From an uncultured Eubacteriales bacterium (lineage in GTDB: Bacteria > Bacillota > Clostridia > Oscillospirales > Oscillospiraceae), in contig CAUAHS010000001.1 in NCBI GenBank assembly GCA_958428885.1, forward strand, positions 1-25,014: a DNA stretch of 25,014 nt, in the 5' to 3' direction. Within the stretch, counting starts at the first letter, position 1; each line of letters begins with the position of its first letter. The translations under genes were made by a program, and so were the position numbers. Shown here piece after piece: positions 9,635 to 18,789 of the stretch. The notes beneath the pieces were generated by a model. The model did not search any database, had not been told where the DNA came from, and worked only from the letters and a program-made list of their open reading frames with translations.

Positions 9635-10876
9635 TTATTTTCTGTAAAAGTCGGATGAATTCGTCAGCACCTGACAGCCCGCCGTGGGGTAGATGACCAT
9701 CTTTTTCGGTCTGCCGTCGTCCGCGAGCGCAAGCACCTCGTCCCAGGTCTTGACGTAGACAGCGCCGGTGGCCTCGTCGATGAACCAGGGATCGCGCATG
9801 CCCTTTACCGTGTGCTCGGCAAAGACTATGGCGCTGCCCATGCGCTTGTCCTTGGGATAGCAGCCGGCCCACATGAGCCCGCCCGGAGCGGAGCGGCCCC
9901 ACTTGTCGTAGAGGTAGTGGACGCAGGAGCCGAAGGGCGAGTTTGCGGAGAGGATGTATGTCCCGCCGGGTCTCAGCGAGGCTATGGTCTCCGGCGTATA
10001 GGCGCAGCCGGCTTCGGCGGGTTTGAAATAGCAGTTCGAGAGCACGACGTCGCAGTCGGGCACGAACTCGGCCAGATAGTGCTCCCGGGCATCGCGCTCT
10101 GCCTCCGCCCACTCGGCCTCCACGTCGCCGGCGTAGAGGGCGCAGATCTGCGCCCGGCCGTTGAGCAGCACGTCGATCTTGAAGTCGAGCCCCATCATCC
10201 GCGCTGCCTCCACGGCGTCGCTGCGCATGACGGTGTCCGGATTGCCCATGTTGAACTCGGACGGAGTGGTCCGGCTGTGGTTGGCGGTTATGCTCCTCAT
10301 GGACGAGACGCCGGGCAGGATGCACTTTGCGCCGCCGGAAAAGCCGAAGAAGCTGTGGGCCATGATGGTGCCTATGCCGATCTTGTACTCCGCGCTCATC
10401 ACGTCGGCGTTTATCTCCACGGGCACGTTGTGGCTGGTATTTCCGAGGAAAACGTGGTTGAAAAACGGGTTGTGGTTGTGGATCTCAAACTCGTCCACGA
10501 TGTCCTCCCCGAGCTTCTTCACGAAGTGCTCCCGGTACATGCAGGCGTGGGTCCCGAGCGCGGCGATGAACCAGATGTTCTCCTTCGGCACCCCGGCCTC
10601 CAGCAGCTGGGCAATTACCGCCTTGGCGATGTGCTCGCAGGGGGTGGGCCTTGTGATGTCGTCAAAGATGATGACCGCGCTCTTTTTGCCCCGGGCGCCC
10701 TCGGCAATGGGACTCGTGCCTATCGCCGCCCGCACCTGGGCGGCGATCGCCTCCGGACTCAGGGCTGGGCGGTGGAAACCGGCGATCTCGGAGACATGCA
10801 CGTCCCAGCTGTCCGGGATCGAAATCGGTATCGGCGTGTCGCCGTACATATTATTTGATGGCAGTTGATATATCAC
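9635..10876 (-). CDS. LarA-superfamily (nickel-pincer nucleotide-dependent) 2-hydroxyacid racemase/epimerase
   Basis: DDITRP, ALGTH, HNH, AHSFFGFSGGAKCILPG and ANH match the LarA D/R, catalytic His pair, NPN-linking Lys and Ni-binding His. GTG start with aggaggga RBS. Confidence 0.87.
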   Translation of the reverse strand: MIYQLPSNNMYGDTPIPISIPDSWDVHVSEIAGFHRPALSPEAIAAQVRAAIGTSPIAEGARGKKSAVIIFDDITRPTPCEHIAKAVIAQLLEAGVPKENIWFIAALGTHACMYREHFVKKLGEDIVDEFEIHNHNPFFNHVFLGNTSHNVPVEINADVMSAEYKIGIGTIMAHSFFGFSGGAKCILPGVSSMRSITANHSRTTPSEFNMGNPDTVMRSDAVEAARMMGLDFKIDVLLNGRAQICALYAGDVEAEWAEAERDAREHYLAEFVPDCDVVLSNCYFKPAEAGCAYTPETIASLRPGGTYILSANSPFGSCVHYLYDKWGRSAPGGLMWAGCYPKDKRMGSAIVFAEHTVKGMRDPWFIDEATGAVYVKTWDEVLALADDGRPKKMVIYPTAGCQVLTNSSDFYRK

Positions 10877-10966
10877 TGTAAATCCCTCCTGTGCTTTATA
10901 TCCGCAAACAACAATAGCCGGCCAGAATCAACGGGCCGGCGGCGAAAGCAAGGCGGTGACAATTCA

Positions 10967-10996
10967 CTTTTATCACAGCCCCAAGCCGGGTGTCAA
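10967..10996 (-). promoter_or_regulatory. Possible sigmaA promoter of the LarA-family gene
   Basis: Minus strand TTGACA-18-TAAAAG with extended -10 TG. Confidence 0.45.
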
Positions 10997-11064
10997 GGGA
11001 AACGGCAAATAATTTAGTAAAATAAATAGTCAAAATATTAACGCCGTTTATGCCCCTAAATCGG

Positions 11065-11093
11065 TTGACAAAAATGTGAGCTCAGTATATAAT
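11065..11093 (+). promoter_or_regulatory. Consensus sigmaA promoter upstream of the MFS-VOR-SSS operon
   Basis: Perfect TTGACA-17-TATAAT preceded by an AT-rich UP-like tract. Confidence 0.8.
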
Positions 11094-11172
11094 CTACAAA
11101 AAGAAAAGATAAAAGTCGAGAATTTAACAACAACATGCATATTTTGCCGAAACGCCGTGAGCGTTTTTTAAT

Positions 11173-11209
11173 TTGTGACACATTGTCAGACAAAATGACA
11201 TACTGACAT
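11173..11209. promoter_or_regulatory. Putative FadR/GntR operator array
   Basis: Palindrome TTGTCAGACAA (11183-11193) fits the FadR-subfamily TNGT-N3-ACNA consensus; flanking TGACA half-sites at 11176, 11196 and 11204. Confidence 0.55.
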
Positions 11210-11295
11210 TAAATTGAGCAAAGGTGGGATGCACAAGGGCTTCATTCAGGCGGCGATATGGCGGTGACGGATTAAAAGTTTGAAAGGGGAAAAAT

Positions 11296-12552
11296 ATGAA
11301 AAACGGCAGAGCCAAGTACTTTTTGGCGATAATCTCGCTGGGTCTTGTGTACGGAACCATGTTCAACCTCCCGTACATGAAGTACATATTCTACGACGCC
11401 ATGATAGAGGGCATGAACTGCACCAATGCGCAGCTCGGACTGCTGGTCACGGTGTACACGGCGATAAGCTGCATAGGCCTGCTGCCCGGCGGATGGATCG
11501 CCGACAGGTATCAGACCAAGGGCATCATCGTCGTGTCCGCGGTGGTGCAGGGACTCATCAGCATTTTCTTCGCGTTCACGATGCACAGCTATGTGTGCGC
11601 CATGATAACCTGGATAATCTCCGGCTTTGCGGGCGTCACGGCGTTCTGGGCGGCAATACTCAAGGCGGTCTCGATGGTCGGCGCCAAGGAGGAGCAGGGC
11701 CGCACCTACGGCTATTACGAGGCCTTCTGCGGCGTTTCCGCCACCATCACCAACGCCATCGCGCTGGCTGTGTTCGCCGGCTTTGACGACTCCGTGACGG
11801 CGCTCAAGTGGGCGGTCATCGTCATGGGCGTCATGAGCCTTGTCGGCGCCGTTCTGGTGCAGGTGTTCTTCGACCAGAAGACCACCGAGGTCCACTATGC
11901 GGAGGCGGCGCACAAGAAGGTGGACATCAAGACCACGCTGAAGGTGTTCACCATGCCGAAATTCTATCTCTCCTGCCTGATAGTCTTCTGCGCATACGGC
12001 CTTTACACCTGCCAGTCCTTCATCACGCCGTATTTCACCAGCGTGCTCGGAGCGTCCGTGACCTTTGCGGGCTTCCTCTCCATCCTCAAGCAGTATGCCC
12101 TCAAGTTCGTGGGCGGCCCCATCGGCGGCGTAGTGGCGGACAAGCTCAAGGCGGTCTCCAAGCTCCAGATTATCGTTTTCATACTGATGCTCGGCATCAT
12201 TCTCTATATCGCCAACGTGTCCGGCGGCGCAGAGCTCATAACCGTGCTCACGGTGCTCACGCTTGTGCTGGCGACGCTGTGCTTCATGTCCCGCGGCACG
12301 ATGTGGGCGACGATAGACGAGGCGGGCGTACCCAAGGAGATATCGGGCACGGCGATAGCCGTGGCGTCGATCATAGGTTTCAACATGCCCGACCTGATAC
12401 TGCCCACGCTCATAGGCAACTGGCTGGACAAGTACGGCAACGCTGCCTACAGCCGGGTGTTCACGCTGCTGGGTGCGATGTGCGTCATCGGCGTTGCGGC
12501 ATCCGTGGCGCTGCTCGTCAGCAACAGGGCAAGTGCGAAAAAAGCGGCTTAA
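11296..12552 (+). CDS. MFS transporter (YqcE/YihN-like)
   Basis: 418 aa, about 12 hydrophobic segments, GGWIADRY and GGVVADKL MFS loop motifs. Confidence 0.9.
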   Translation: MKNGRAKYFLAIISLGLVYGTMFNLPYMKYIFYDAMIEGMNCTNAQLGLLVTVYTAISCIGLLPGGWIADRYQTKGIIVVSAVVQGLISIFFAFTMHSYVCAMITWIISGFAGVTAFWAAILKAVSMVGAKEEQGRTYGYYEAFCGVSATITNAIALAVFAGFDDSVTALKWAVIVMGVMSLVGAVLVQVFFDQKTTEVHYAEAAHKKVDIKTTLKVFTMPKFYLSCLIVFCAYGLYTCQSFITPYFTSVLGASVTFAGFLSILKQYALKFVGGPIGGVVADKLKAVSKLQIIVFILMLGIILYIANVSGGAELITVLTVLTLVLATLCFMSRGTMWATIDEAGVPKEISGTAIAVASIIGFNMPDLILPTLIGNWLDKYGNAAYSRVFTLLGAMCVIGVAASVALLVSNRASAKKAA

Positions 12553-12585
12553 ACAGCTTTACGGCAAAGGAGGACAGAGCTGGAA

Positions 12586-12780
12586 ATGATAATCATCAAA
12601 CAGGAAAACTGCAAAGGCTGCGGCCTGTGCGTCAGCGTCTGCAAAAAAGAGGCTATCAAGCTGGGCGACGCGATGAACAAAAACGGCTACTTCTACGCGG
12701 TTGCGGACCAGGACAAGTGCATAGCCTGCGGCATGTGCTACAAGATGTGTCCCGACTGCTGCATAGAGCTGACCGACTGA
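12586..12780 (+). CDS. 2x[4Fe-4S] ferredoxin (delta subunit of 2-oxoacid:ferredoxin oxidoreductase)
   Basis: CKGCGLCVSVC and CIACGMCYKMCP motifs; RBS aaggagga; directly precedes the alpha subunit. Confidence 0.92.
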   Translation: MIIIKQENCKGCGLCVSVCKKEAIKLGDAMNKNGYFYAVADQDKCIACGMCYKMCPDCCIELTD

Positions 12781-12792
12781 GGGGGTGTGAAC

Positions 12793-13857
12793 ATGGAAAA
12801 GGTACTTATGAAGGGCAACGAGGCGCTCGCCGAGGCGGCGATCCGGGCGGGCTGCCGTTTTTACAGCGGCTATCCCATAACGCCGCAGACGGAGATACTC
12901 GAGTACATGGCCTGGCGCATGCCCGAAGTTGGCGGCACTTTCGTGCAGACCGAGTCCGAGCTGGCGGGCATAAACATGCTCTACGGCGGCAGCGCCGCCG
13001 GTGTGCGCGCCATGACCAGCTCCTCCGGCCCGGGCTTTGCGCTGCTCCAGGAGGGGATATCCTACCTGTGCGCCGCCGACCTGCCCGCCGTGCTGGTGAA
13101 CGTCATGCGCATAGGCAACGGCCTCGGCGACATCGCCCAGGGTCAGGGCGACTACTGGGCGCTCACCCGAGGCGGCGGCAACGGCGACTACCGCACCATC
13201 GTCCTCGCCCCGAACTCGGTGCAGGAGGGCATGGACCTCGTGGCAAAGGCCTTTGAGCTCTCGGAGAAGTATCTCCACCCCGTCATCATAGGCTCCGACG
13301 CCGCGATCGGCCAGATGATGGAGGAAGTCGAACTGCCCGAGATGCACGAGCACGACATCGACGCCTACGACTGGTCCGTGAAGGGCACCCGCAAAGGGGA
13401 CAAGCACAAGGTCGTGAGCAACGTATGCTTCTACGGCCACAAGGACTACGAGAACTATCTCTGGAACAAGTACAAGGAGATAGAGGAGAACGAGCAGCGC
13501 TGGGAGAGCGTGGCCGTTGAGGACGCCGAGATCGTCACGGTGGCCTTCGGCATCAGCTCCCGCATCTGCAAGGAGGCGGTGAAGCTCGCGCGTGCCGCCG
13601 GCATAAAGCTGGGCCTCATCCGGCCCATAACGCTCTGGCCCTTCCCCGAGAAGGCGTTCAGGGAGCTCGGACCCGACGTGAAGGCGCTCATAAGCGTCGA
13701 GATGAACATACTCGGCCAGATGGTAGAGGACATAAGGACTGCGACGCAGTTCCGCTACCCCGTGGAGTCCTACAGGACGTTCTTCGACGTGCCCGATTCC
13801 GAGCATATCGTGGAGCTTGCAAAAGAAATTCTTGGCGGCAAGGAGGCGGCAAAATGA
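12793..13857 (+). CDS. vorB: 2-oxoacid:ferredoxin oxidoreductase alpha subunit (VOR type)
   Basis: MKGNEALAEAA, GYPITPQTE, ESE, TSSSGPG, MRIG.GLG.I, RPITLWPFP, VEMN. ATG 12793 is preferred over GTG 12787. Confidence 0.9.
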   Translation: MEKVLMKGNEALAEAAIRAGCRFYSGYPITPQTEILEYMAWRMPEVGGTFVQTESELAGINMLYGGSAAGVRAMTSSSGPGFALLQEGISYLCAADLPAVLVNVMRIGNGLGDIAQGQGDYWALTRGGGNGDYRTIVLAPNSVQEGMDLVAKAFELSEKYLHPVIIGSDAAIGQMMEEVELPEMHEHDIDAYDWSVKGTRKGDKHKVVSNVCFYGHKDYENYLWNKYKEIEENEQRWESVAVEDAEIVTVAFGISSRICKEAVKLARAAGIKLGLIRPITLWPFPEKAFRELGPDVKALISVEMNILGQMVEDIRTATQFRYPVESYRTFFDVPDSEHIVELAKEILGGKEAAK

Positions 13858-14588
13858 GGCTGAAAGCACCTGAAAGCGTAATAAATCCCGGCGGCTCCTT
13901 CTGCCCGGGCTGCTCGCACGGCGTGTCCGACAGGATGATCGCCGAGGCGGTGGAGGCGCTGGGAATGCAGGAGAACTTTATCGCAACGGTGGACGTGGCC
14001 TGCGGCGCCTGGAGCATGGACAACTGGAATTTCGACACGGTCATGTGCGCCCACGGCAGGCCTATGGTGGTCGCAGCCGGCGTGAAGCGCGCGAGACCGA
14101 ACAAGCTCGTGGCGGCCTATCTCGGCGACGGCGCGGCGTATTCCATCGGCACCGCAGAGACCATCCACTGCGCTCTGCGCAACGAAAACATCGTGGCCAT
14201 AGTGCTCAATAACGGCGTGTTCGGCATGACGGGCGGCCAGATGGCGCCCACGACTCTGCCCGGTCAAAAGACCGTTTCCTGCCCCGCCGGACGTGACGTG
14301 CACACGCAGGGCGGCCTCTTCGACATTGCAAAGATCCTGGGCGGCATGGACATCGCCTATCTCGCCCGCGCTGCTCTGGACAGCCCCGCCCATATCATGC
14401 AGGCCGAGAAATACATAAAGAAGGCCTTTGAAAAGCAGCTCAGGGGCGAGGGCTTCTGCCTCATCGAACTGCTGGGCATCTGCCCGACGAACTGGGGCCT
14501 GACCCCGGCCAAGGCCTGCGAGCGCTTGCGCACGGAGTCGCTGAAGTACTACGAGCTCGGCGAATTTGTGGACAGGAAGGAGAGCTGA
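13854..14588 (+). CDS. 2-oxoacid:ferredoxin oxidoreductase beta (TPP-binding) subunit
   Basis: FCPGCSHG, AHGR, GDG...NN TPP motif, GMTGGQMAPTT, CPTNW; ATGA overlap with the alpha subunit. Confidence 0.92.
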   Translation: MRLKAPESVINPGGSFCPGCSHGVSDRMIAEAVEALGMQENFIATVDVACGAWSMDNWNFDTVMCAHGRPMVVAAGVKRARPNKLVAAYLGDGAAYSIGTAETIHCALRNENIVAIVLNNGVFGMTGGQMAPTTLPGQKTVSCPAGRDVHTQGGLFDIAKILGGMDIAYLARAALDSPAHIMQAEKYIKKAFEKQLRGEGFCLIELLGICPTNWGLTPAKACERLRTESLKYYELGEFVDRKES

Positions 14589-14591
14589 GAC

Positions 14592-15125
14592 ATGACGGAG
14601 ATAATTTGCGCCGGTTTCGGCGGACAGGGCGTGCTCGTCGCCGGAAACATCCTGGCCTTTGCGGGCATGCTCAGCGGAAAGAAGGTCACCTGGTATCCGT
14701 CCTACGGCTCCGAAATGCGCGGCGGAACTGCGAACTGCAATGTCAAGATAAGCGACGACGACATCGCGAGCCCCTACGCCAAGCACCCGGACATCCTGAT
14801 ATCCATGAACGAGGTGTCCATCGACAAGTTTGAAAAGACCCTCAAGCCCGGCGGCTGGCTCATCGTGAACAGCTCCCTGTGCAGCGCGGACCGCACCTTC
14901 CGGGACGACATCCACGTCGTGAAGGTGCCCGCAAACGAGATAGCCAACGCCCACAACAACCCGCGCGGTACCAACATAGTCATGCTCGGTGCGGCGGTGA
15001 AGGCCTCCGGGCTGTTCGACCTTGATTCCTTCGTGACAGCCATCGACGAATTCTTTGCCCGCAAGGGCAAGACCAACCCCAAGAACGCCCTGTGCTGTCG
15101 TGAAGGCGCCGCCTGCGTGAAGTAA
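14592..15125 (+). CDS. 2-oxoacid:ferredoxin oxidoreductase gamma subunit
   Basis: AGFGGQGV, PSYGSEMRGGTANC, NIVMLGA motifs. Confidence 0.92.
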   Translation: MTEIICAGFGGQGVLVAGNILAFAGMLSGKKVTWYPSYGSEMRGGTANCNVKISDDDIASPYAKHPDILISMNEVSIDKFEKTLKPGGWLIVNSSLCSADRTFRDDIHVVKVPANEIANAHNNPRGTNIVMLGAAVKASGLFDLDSFVTAIDEFFARKGKTNPKNALCCREGAACVK

Positions 15126-15152
15126 GCGGGCGATTCCCGGAGGTTGATGTAT

Positions 15153-16592
15153 GTGGATGCAGTAGATATTGGCTTCATAATCGTATATCTGGCCGCAATG
15201 CTCCTGATCGGCCTGTATTCAAACAAAAAGCACAAGGGAGTAGAGAACTACTACGTTGCCGGCCGCAGATCCAACTCCATTACGATAATGTGCCTGTGGC
15301 TCTCCTGCTGGATAGGCGGGGCATCGGTCATCGGCACCTCCACCAAGGGCTACGAGCTAGGCATAACCGCGGTATGGTATGTCGGCACGCTGGCCATAGG
15401 CTGCCTGTCGTTTTCGCTGCTCTTTTCCGAGAAGGTCAAGAAGATCGGGGACAAGCTGCACCATCTCACCTACCCCGAGTTCATCGAGAGCCGCTACGAC
15501 CCCCGGGCACGCGCCGTCGCTACGATATGCACGCTGCTCGGCATGATAGGCGTGACGGCGGCGCAGCTGGTCGCGGCAGGCGAGATACTCAACACGCTGA
15601 CGGGCTGGGGCCTGGGCGTGAGCTTTGTGGCCGCCTCCGTGGTCCTGGTGCTGTACACAGCTATGGGCGGGTATATGGCTGTCGTGTTCACCGACTGGGT
15701 GCAGGTGGCCCTGCTGCTGGCGGGAGTCATACTCGGAGTGCCCTTTGCGGCCAAGGCCATGGGCGGACTGGACGCCGTATCCGTGCTGCCCGAGAGCTAC
15801 TTCGACATCGGCGCCTGGGGCTGGCCGACCATAATCGCCTTCAGCCTCTCGACCGTCATGTCGTTCTACACGACCATGGACAGCTACACGCGCTGCATGT
15901 CGGCCAAGACCCCGGCCGCCGCCAAAAAGGGCGGACTCCTGGCGGCCATAGTGATCCTGCCCATAGCGCTGTGCGCCACCTATGAGGGCATGGCCGCAAA
16001 GGTGATAATGCCCGAGCTGCCGGAGGGCGTCAACGCCATGACCGGGCTCATCCTGAACACCTTCCCCGTGGGGATAAAGGGGCTCGTGATAGTCGGCATC
16101 CTTGCGGCCATAATGTCCTCGGCCGACATTGCGATAATAACGGGCTCGGCCAACATAACCCGGGACATCTACCAGCGCTACATCGACAAGAACGTCAGCG
16201 AAAAGACCACGATGCGGCTCGGCTTTGCGAGCTCGCTGCTCATCGGCCTTGTTGCGGCGCTCCTGGCCTGGTACGAGCAGGACATCATGAACGTGCTGCT
16301 CATCACCTTCACCATCCTCTCCGCCGGACTGTTCGTGCCCACGGTCATGGGCTTCGTCTGGAAAAAGGGCAGCTCCGACGCGGCGTTTTACAGCATGCTG
16401 GTCTCCACGCTGGTGGTCATCATCTGGAGCGTCGGCGCTGCGGCGGGCTGGGGCGACATCTTTGCCGTTGACGCGCTGTGGCCCGGTCTGGCCGTTTCGG
16501 TGGTGCTGTACTTCCCGATATCCATCTTCGGCAAACAGAGCAGGGAGGAGACCGAAAAGACAGCGGCCTTCCTGAACCTCGACAAAGAGTAA
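15153..16592 (+). CDS. Sodium:solute symporter family protein
   Basis: YYVAGR, WIGG, TYPEFIESRY, YTAMGG..AVVFTDWVQ, LAAIMSSAD; about 13 TM segments. Start uncertain (TTG 15144, ATG 15147 or GTG 15153; the last fits the ggagg RBS best). Confidence 0.9.
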   Translation: MDAVDIGFIIVYLAAMLLIGLYSNKKHKGVENYYVAGRRSNSITIMCLWLSCWIGGASVIGTSTKGYELGITAVWYVGTLAIGCLSFSLLFSEKVKKIGDKLHHLTYPEFIESRYDPRARAVATICTLLGMIGVTAAQLVAAGEILNTLTGWGLGVSFVAASVVLVLYTAMGGYMAVVFTDWVQVALLLAGVILGVPFAAKAMGGLDAVSVLPESYFDIGAWGWPTIIAFSLSTVMSFYTTMDSYTRCMSAKTPAAAKKGGLLAAIVILPIALCATYEGMAAKVIMPELPEGVNAMTGLILNTFPVGIKGLVIVGILAAIMSSADIAIITGSANITRDIYQRYIDKNVSEKTTMRLGFASSLLIGLVAALLAWYEQDIMNVLLITFTILSAGLFVPTVMGFVWKKGSSDAAFYSMLVSTLVVIIWSVGAAAGWGDIFAVDALWPGLAVSVVLYFPISIFGKQSREETEKTAAFLNLDKE

Positions 16593-16624
16593 AAAAATCC
16601 GCAGCCGGGCGACCGGCTGCGGAT
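16591..16624 (-). terminator. Terminator between the convergent SSS and FadR genes
   Basis: 12-bp stem atccgcagccgg / ccggctgcggat; the A-run on the left gives a U-tract on the minus strand. Confidence 0.75.
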
Positions 16625-16641
16625 AGTCTAAAGTGTTTGTT

Positions 16642-17394
16642 TCATTCGTCTTTTTCATCCGCCGGAAAGGCTTCCCCGGCGTTTTCGGAATAGAAGTATT
16701 TGCCCTGAAGCTCCAGGTCCTCCTCGGTGAAGTTGAAGTGCACGAAGAGCTCCTTTGCCGCCGCGGCGAAATCGCGGTTCTTTATGGCCTCGTATATGGC
16801 CGTGTGCATCCTGACGGAATCGTCGAGCTGGCCCCTCTCCTCGACCACCTGGTGGGAGTAGGAGACGTCCTTTGCAAAGATGAACAGGTGAGCGTTGAGC
16901 AGAAAGTCGTAGAGCGGGTTCCTGGCGAGCGAGATGAGGACGGCGTGGAAGTTCTGGTCGCACAGCTTGCGGGACTCCATGTCCGGAGCCTCGACATATT
17001 CCCTGAGCGCGGTGCCCAGCGTCTCGATCTCCTCGTCGGTGCGCCTGTCGATTATGGTGCGGATGGCGCCGAGCTCAAGGGCGACACGCATGTCGATGAG
17101 GTCCTGGATGGAGCAGCCGTTGAGCATGAAGTATATGGACAGACTGTCGGTCATGCTGCGGTTGATGTTGTTGGCTATGAAACTGCCGCCGCCCTTGCGG
17201 GACTCGACAATGCCTAAAACTTCAAGCGACTTGAGCGCCTCTCTGACCGAGGAACGGCTGACATTGAATTCCTGTGCCATATCCAACTCGTTCGGGAGCC
17301 TGTCGCCAACCTTGAGCTTTCCACATATGATGGCGTCTTTTATTTGCTTGATTATCTGCTGATAGTTCTTGCTGCTAGAGATGGATGTAAACAC
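16642..17394 (-). CDS. GntR family, FadR-subfamily transcriptional regulator
   Basis: LKVGDRLPNE..AQEFNVSRSSVREAL..L...G...SRKGGGSF wHTH; FCD domain with DQNFH, MH and VH metal/carboxylate residues. Confidence 0.93.
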   Translation of the reverse strand: MFTSISSSKNYQQIIKQIKDAIICGKLKVGDRLPNELDMAQEFNVSRSSVREALKSLEVLGIVESRKGGGSFIANNINRSMTDSLSIYFMLNGCSIQDLIDMRVALELGAIRTIIDRRTDEEIETLGTALREYVEAPDMESRKLCDQNFHAVLISLARNPLYDFLLNAHLFIFAKDVSYSHQVVEERGQLDDSVRMHTAIYEAIKNRDFAAAAKELFVHFNFTEEDLELQGKYFYSENAGEAFPADEKDE

Positions 17395-17420
17395 TTTTTC
17401 AACTTCCTCGCAAATAGCTT

Positions 17421-17473
17421 CCGGACCGTACCGGACCGGTTATTATTTTATCATAATACTGTCCCTTAAGCAA
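17421..17473 (-). promoter_or_regulatory. Promoter of the FadR gene with direct-repeat operator candidate
   Basis: Minus strand TTGCTT-17-TAAAAT with extended TG; ccggaccg direct repeats at 17421 and 17431 (10-bp period) at the predicted TSS. Confidence 0.55.
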
Positions 17474-17543
17474 CACAAAACGGCAAATAAATTCGTAATG
17501 TCGTTGGTTTTTCCGAAAAAAGAACTTTAAGAGGTGATAATCA

Positions 17544-18770
17544 TTGACTGATGCAAGCAGGCTGCCGCTGGAGGGCATCAAGGTGGTGGAGCTGGCCACG
17601 GTGGTCGCCGCGCCGACCGTGGGAAGGATGCTCAGCGCCTATGGAGCCGAGGTTATCAAGGTGGAGAGCCCCAGGGGCGACGAGCTGCGGGGCGTGGGCG
17701 ATTTTGAGCGCGTGATATGCGAGGACGAGCGCAACCCTCTGTTCACCATTCAGAACAGCGGCAAGCTGCTCACGTCCATAAATTTGAAAACGCCGGAGGG
17801 CAAGGAGGCCTTCATGCGTCTGCTGGAGGGAGCGGACGTGCTGGTGACCAATGTCCGCTCCGCAGGGCTCAAGCGGCTGGGCCTGGACTATGAGACGCTG
17901 CATGAAAAGCTGCCTCGCCTGGTCTATGCGCACCTGTCGGGCTTTGGTCCCGAGGGGCCGGACTCATCCAACCCCGGCTTCGACAGCACGGCTTTCTGGC
18001 TCCGTTCGGGTCCCATGGCCGACTGGCAGGTGCCCGGTTCGTTCCCCTTTGTGCCGACGTATGCCTTCGGAGACATGGCCACCAGCTCGGTGCTGCTCTC
18101 CGGCGTGCTCATGGCGCTGCTGGGGCGGGAGCGGACGGGCACCGGCACGCTCGTGAACACCTCGCTCTTTGCAAGCGGCATATGGTGCAACTCCATCGCC
18201 GTGGTCTCCCACCAGCCGCAGTTCGGCGGCGAACGCCCGGTGGACCCGGTGAGGCCGCCCGACCCGTTTTCTCAGACCTATCTGTGTGCCGACGGACGCT
18301 GGATCGGCGTCTATGACAACGACTACAAGCGCGAAATACCCAAATTTGCCAAGCTGTTCGACATCCCGGAGCTCGAGAGCGACCCGCGCTGCGCCTCGCT
18401 GGAGGAGCTTGCGGACTCCGGAGCCATCGTGGAGATAACCGAGAAGCTCAACAGCATTTTCCTTGGCAAGACCAGTTGGGAGTGGAGGGAGTTCCTGCTT
18501 GAAAACAACGTCTCCTGCGAGGTCATGCGCACCATCAGGGACGTGAGCACGGACGAGCAGGCGCTTGCGAACGGCTATGTCCAGAAGGTCAGCTTCGGCG
18601 GGGACCTCGACGTCATGATGCCGCGTCCGCCGGTGCATTTTTCAGAATACGGCATCCGGGAGTACACCCCGGCGGGCAGGCTTGGCAAGGATACGGACAC
18701 AGTGCTCAAGTCCGTGGGCTATACGGACGAGGAGCTCTCCGAAATGCGCGGTAAAAACGCGATAATATGA
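17544..18770 (+). CDS. Class III CoA-transferase (CaiB/BaiF family; HadA/FldA-like)
   Basis: PLEGIKVVEL...AAP..GRML...GAEVIKVE, ADVLVTNVR, SGFGPEGP, PGFD..AFW.RSG, catalytic Asp in AFGD, LGKDT..VL. TTG start with gaggtg RBS. Confidence 0.92.
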   Translation: MTDASRLPLEGIKVVELATVVAAPTVGRMLSAYGAEVIKVESPRGDELRGVGDFERVICEDERNPLFTIQNSGKLLTSINLKTPEGKEAFMRLLEGADVLVTNVRSAGLKRLGLDYETLHEKLPRLVYAHLSGFGPEGPDSSNPGFDSTAFWLRSGPMADWQVPGSFPFVPTYAFGDMATSSVLLSGVLMALLGRERTGTGTLVNTSLFASGIWCNSIAVVSHQPQFGGERPVDPVRPPDPFSQTYLCADGRWIGVYDNDYKREIPKFAKLFDIPELESDPRCASLEELADSGAIVEITEKLNSIFLGKTSWEWREFLLENNVSCEVMRTIRDVSTDEQALANGYVQKVSFGGDLDVMMPRPPVHFSEYGIREYTPAGRLGKDTDTVLKSVGYTDEELSEMRGKNAII

Positions 18771-18789
18771 AAGGCAGGGAGTGCAGAAA

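Noticed and set aside
11094..11295. Known riboswitch or T-box in the long MFS leader
   Set aside because: No recognisable aptamer or T-box consensus by eye; kept only as an unexplained leader.
11808..13256. 482-aa alternate-frame ORF across MFS, ferredoxin and alpha subunit
   Set aside because: Arg/His/Gly-rich off-frame artefact of GC3 bias; the in-frame genes are complete.
12559..16658. Long minus-strand ORFs (12559-13869, 13770-14954, 15357-16658)
   Set aside because: Antisense shadows of well-supported VOR and SSS genes.
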